64,000 nucleotides of DNA from the human T2T-CHM13v2.0 reference genome, Homo sapiens, in the NCBI RefSeq assembly GCF_009914755.1, contig NC_060935.1; one strand, written 5' to 3'. The stretch's first letter is position 1, and each line of letters begins with the position of its first letter. Below the pieces are notes generated by a model. The model was given only the letters and a program-made list of their open reading frames with translations. It was not told where the DNA came from and did not search any database. Of the stretch, positions 58,601-64,000 are shown one piece after another. Made by a program: the position numbers and the translations under genes.

Positions 58601-60995
58601 ATTAATAAAAATAAAATAAATACTTTATTGAGGTATAACTGAAGTAAAATAAACTCAATTGATGTATACAATTCAGTAATTTTTGACAAATGTATATATT
58701 CATGCAACCACCACTCAATCAAGATATATGTCATTTTCATTGCCATAAAAAGTTCCCTGGTATAATAAATGACCTTCAAGCTTGGTCTGAGCCAACTATT
58801 GCCTGATTTCAGTCACGATGCATTGTTTTTGCCTGTTATCAAATTTTGTAAAAATGTTATCATTCAGCATATACACTTTTTTGTCAAGTTCCTTTCACTC
58901 AGCATAAACATTTTTGATTCATTCATGTTATTGGGTGTATCAATAGTTCATCCCTTTTATTGTTGAATAATAATCATTCATATTAATAGACCACAATTTG
59001 TTTACGGCTTTGCACATTGAGAGAAATTTGGATCGTTTCCAATTTGGGACTAATGTAAATAAAAGCTTCTCAAATATCCATATGTAAGTCATTTGGTGGA
59101 CATATGCTTCCATGTCACTTGGATAAATATCTTAGCAGTGGAATTGCTAGGTGAGCTAGAATGTGTACTTTTAATTATGTAAAAATCTGCCAAAATGTTT
59201 TCCAAAGTGGTTGTGCCATTTTATACTCCTACAAGCAATAACTGAGAGTTTCAGGTGCTCACCAATACTTGGTATTGTCAGTATTTTTAATTTAGCCATT
59301 CTATTGGGTATGAAATGGTGTCACAATTTTATTTACATTTCTCTCACTATTAGTGATATTAATCCTATTTTCATGTTCTTATAGACCAATTTGGCTATTT
59401 ATATATTTCTTACTTGGCTATTATGTTTTCTTATTATTGCATCTAGATATAAGTCCTTTGTCAAATATATTTTGAAAATACTTAATCTCAGTTAGTGGCC
59501 TGTTTTTCATTTTCTTAGTAGTATTTGCAAGGAATAGAGTTTTAAATTTTTATGAAGTCCCATTTATATTGTGGTTAGTGATGTTTTTTGTTCTGTCTAA
59601 AATTATTTGCCTAGCCCAAGGTTGTAAAAGCTTTTTTTTCCTTCTATGTATTCCTTTAGAACTTGTATTATTTTTGTTTGTTTTCCTTTTATAAATTTAT
59701 TTTTATTTTCAATTTTTGTAGGTACATAGTAGGTGTATATATTTATGGGGTATATGAGATGGCTTCATATAGACATACAATGTGAAATAAGCATATCATA
59801 AAGAATGGGGCATCTATTCCCTCAAGCATTTATCTTTTGAGTTACAAACAAAACAACTGCATTCTTTGAGTTATTTTTAAAAGTACAGCTAAATTATTAC
59901 TGACTATATTCGCCCTGTTGTGCTATCAAATAGTAGGTCTTATTCATCCTTCCTATTTTTTTTTTTTTTTTTGTATCCATTAGCCATCTCCATCTCCTCC
60001 TTTTCCCCCTAACTACCTTCCCAGACTCTGGTAACCATCCTTCTACTCTCTATGTCCATGAATTCAACTGTTTTGATTTTTAGATCCCACAAATAAGTGA
60101 GACCATGTGATTGATGTTTGTCTTTCTGTGCTTGGCTTATTTCATTTAACATAATGACCTCCAGTTCCATCCATGTTGTTGCAAGTGACAGGATCTCATT
60201 CTTTTTTATGGCTAAATAGTACTCCATTGTGTATACATACCACATTTTCTTTATTCATTCATCTGTTTATGGACAATTAGATTGCTTTCAAATCTTCACT
60301 ACTGTGAACAGTGCTGCAACAAGCATGGGATTGCAGATACCTTTTCGAGATACTGATTTCCTCTCTTTTCATTGATTGATGGATCATGTGATAGCTTTAT
60401 TTCTAATTTTTTGAGGAATCTCCATAGTGATTGTACTAATTTTCATTCCCACCAACATTGTGCAAGGGTTCCCTTTTTTCCACATCCTCACCAGAATTCG
60501 TTATTGCCTGTAATTTGCATATAAGCCATTTTAACTGTGGTGAGATGATATCTGATTGTAATTTTGATTTGCCTTTCTGTGATGATTAATGATTTTGAGC
60601 ACCTTTTCATATACCTGTATGCCAGTTGTATGTCTTCTTTTGAGAAATGTCTATTCAAATCTTTTGCCCATTTTTGATCAGATTATTAGATTTTTCTTAT
60701 AGAGTTGTTTTATCTCCTTACATATTCTGATTATTAATCCCTTGTCAGATGGGTAGTTTGCAAATATTTTTTCCCATTCTGTGGATTGTCCAATTAAACT
60801 ATGTTATATTATTTAGTATGGTTCCAAAGTTAATGAGTTTCTATACTTTTTTAGTCCTTTTACTATCCAAAATGTTCCTTATTTTGGATTATTTCTATTG
60901 TTATACTTTCAAGTTTGTGGATCTTTCTTTCCTTCAGTGTCTAATCTTCTATTAACCTTATTCAGTGTATACTTTATTTCAAATATTGTATTTTC

Positions 60996-61294
<299 letters not shown>

Positions 61295-61846
61295 CAGATA
61301 TTGTATTTTCATCTCTAGTACTTCAGCTTAGGTCTTCATTATACTTTTCATTTTTCCCTGCATTGAGTTAATGTTCTCCTTTTCATTCTTGAGCATGTTT
61401 TTAATAAATGTAATAACATTTTTAAGGTCTCTACCTATTAATTTCATCATTGCTGTCATTTCTGGGTCTATTTCTATTGATTGCTCTTTCTTCTGGTTAT
61501 GCTTATATTTTCCTGCTTCCTTTACTGGTTACATTTTATTGGATGCCAGAAATTGTGATTTTTACATTATCAAATGGAAGATTTTGTTGTATTCTTTTGA
61601 AGATGATCAGATATTTTTCTGGCACATAGTTAAGTTATTTACGTATAAGTTTGACTATCCCAAGTCTTGTTTTAAAGCTTTGTTAGGAAGATTCAAAGCT
61701 GTTTCACTCTTTTAAAGTCTCTACCTAATGCTGTATGTATTATGAGATGTCTACACAGTGGCTTGAAGGAAATCAGACTATTTCAAGCTTTTTATAAGTT
61801 TCTGAAGTTTTTTGACCACTCGTTTCATGTAGTCCTTCACTCTGAA

Positions 61847-61901
61847 ATTTTATCCCACACATATGCAGATCAAGTTTTATCCCACACATATGCAGATCAA
61901 G
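61847..61901. repeat. Perfect ~27-bp tandem duplication
   Basis: tttatcccacacatatgcagatcaag occurs twice. Confidence 0.85.
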
Positions 61902-64000
61902 AAATAGACGTTCCTCTGCAGATCTCTGATTTTCTATGTATAGCTCCCCCATTCTTGGGTATTCTGCCCTGCATCATCTAGCCACATACATCTTTCCAAA
62001 TACTGACTTCTGATTTTTCAACTTAGACATCACTGATCTCTTTCTTTTGACCACTCTAGATTGCGGCATGAAAAATACCTATAGTCAAGAAAGCCAAACA
62101 ATCAGAGGGCTCATGTTTTTTTTCTTTCCCTCCTTTCAGAAATCAGTTTGATATTGTCTGTTGTCAAACATCAGAAAAGTTGTGTTTCATTTATTTTGCC
62201 TGATTATCTAGTTGTTTATGGCCCAAAGACAATTTCAGTAGGAGTTTATCTTTCATGGATGGCAGTGAAAATTCACTCACTAAATTTTAACTATGCTGAA
62301 TCACTATGTTGAAAAATTACTCAAATTCAAAAAATATTATTTTCACTGACATGGAATTTTTTTTTGCTTACCCATAAATCATAAAATCTAAGGAACAAAA
62401 TAGCTTAATGTTATTTCATCTAATGACCCTTCTTGTTTAGAATGTAGGAATCTTTAGCCAATGTCAGGCAATTGACCTTCAAGGAACTTACATTCACCAC
62501 TGTATAATTATTCAACACAATCTACCAAACTACCTCTAGCAAATAACTTACGAGAAAAAAATACCAGCTGCTTTTATAAATTATGTTTTCTTATGTTTTT
62601 TTTCTCATTAGATAGACAGGAGAAATGAAAAAAAATTATCCTAAGAAGATGCTCCAGTGACAGCAGTTGTTTCTTGAGATCAACTGTGAACTGCCATTTT
62701 TACTTAGATGTACCAACACCCCTTCTAAGGGCATCTACACATGATTACCATCAAGTGAATGTCTTCTCTGCATTGGTGATGTTTGCTCTAAAAATAGACA
62801 AACTATAAATAGCATTTTGAAATCAATAGAGTAGAAACAGGGAAATGGTAAAGCATAAGAGATCTTGACATTATTCCATAGAACACATTTGCTGTGAGGA
62901 GAGAAAGTGGCTAAGGATAGGCTGATCACTAAGAATCCCAGGATTTAAGAATATGCAGAGAGGGGCATCAGGGAAAATGCCCACTTTCCTCTCAAATCAT
63001 TTTGTTCTTGGTTAGTGAGCTGCATTATATGCTTTTTTCTAGTTCTACCTACTCCTAATCCTGATTCAATCTGAACTTTTTCTGAATCCTCCGAGCACAG
63101 TAGACAGCAAACAATCCCAGATCTTTCCTCAGTGCTTTATTTTACTCAAGAGAAACTGTATTCCGGGCCTAATTTACCCAATTCTTCAAGCTACAAAGTT
63201 ATTCGAGTTCAATATACACAAAACAGTCAAATAACAAAATCTTTACTTTCTTCTATGGCTGAACTTCTCTGCATACCCAGAGACACAGAGCTCAATGCCC
63301 AGAAAATGCCACAAATTAATTAAGACAGAATTCCTATAGGTTGAAACCTGATGTAATTATTTTTAAGGCTCCGTAGGTGATCATAACGTGTAGCAAAATT
63401 AAGGATAACTACCCTAGGACCTCAGGTTCAATAAAAAATTTGAACAAAGTCCAGATGGCTAATGAAAACTCATACTTGTACAGCAACTGAATTATCTGGA
63501 AAACATTTCCATGTATATTATTGATTTTTATTTTTAAAACAGTCTTGAAAATTGATATTATAACTCTATTTTTCAGAAATAGGAGTTAACTTGTGATTGT
63601 TGGCCCAGGCTACTAGGATTTGAGATGAGATGAGCTCATGTTTTCATTGTGGGTGTAATATTTTGGAACTGCATAGATGACAAGGGAGATACCATCTCCA
63701 GGATAAAATACATCTTTAATTCCAAGAAATAAGATATACTAGTAGTGGCCTCTAAGGTAATTAAGGAAGATACGGATAGTAAAACTCCAGGTGGAGCTTT
63801 TTCCCACCTTCATGATCTCCAAAACACTCCAAAGTTGCCTGAATCCTGGAAAACATTAGAAGGAGTGAGGAGATAAAATAAGGAAAAGTAAGGAAAGAAT
63901 TCAAGATAACAAACTCAGGGGCAGATGCTTATATCTAGCCTAACCAGAAAGCCTCATATATAGCCTTCCTTAGGCTCTTCTCTTTCATCCCTGCAGACCT

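Overview
Primate (almost certainly human) genomic DNA from an olfactory receptor family-8 cluster. Gene content and the PANX3-like relic fit chr11q24.2, a placement from recall rather than a search. No intact protein-coding gene is present. Two near-intact OR8B-subfamily pseudogenes lie on the minus strand: 13668-14599 (one frameshift) and 48978-49913 (one TAG stop in the MAYDRY motif). They sit in an ancient, repeat-interrupted tandem duplication (about 0.8-20.4 kb vs 28.5-54.3 kb). A third, much more decayed OR-like pseudogene at about 33150-34128 is interrupted by MER5A and missed by the ORF track. The rest is mostly Alu, L1, ERVL/MaLR LTR and DNA-transposon sequence, which explains most long ORFs. 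Most notable observations: (1) a decayed PANX3 exon-1 plus upstream-region relic between the duplicated units; (2) a ~96% identical 170-bp inverted repeat bracketing the putative promoter/first exon of the first OR; (3) a 121-bp perfectly identical CpG-retaining tract shared by the two OR8B pseudogenes, suggesting gene conversion; (4) conserved 5'-UTR splice architecture in both pseudogenes; (5) a retroposed mRNA 3'-end fragment in an OR intron; (6) a short L1 3' transduction; (7) two twin-primed (5'-inverted) L1PA2-like insertions. I see no evidence for a wholly new biological system. The findings concern genome evolution and regulation. All alignments were done by eye and repeat subfamily calls are from recalled consensus features.
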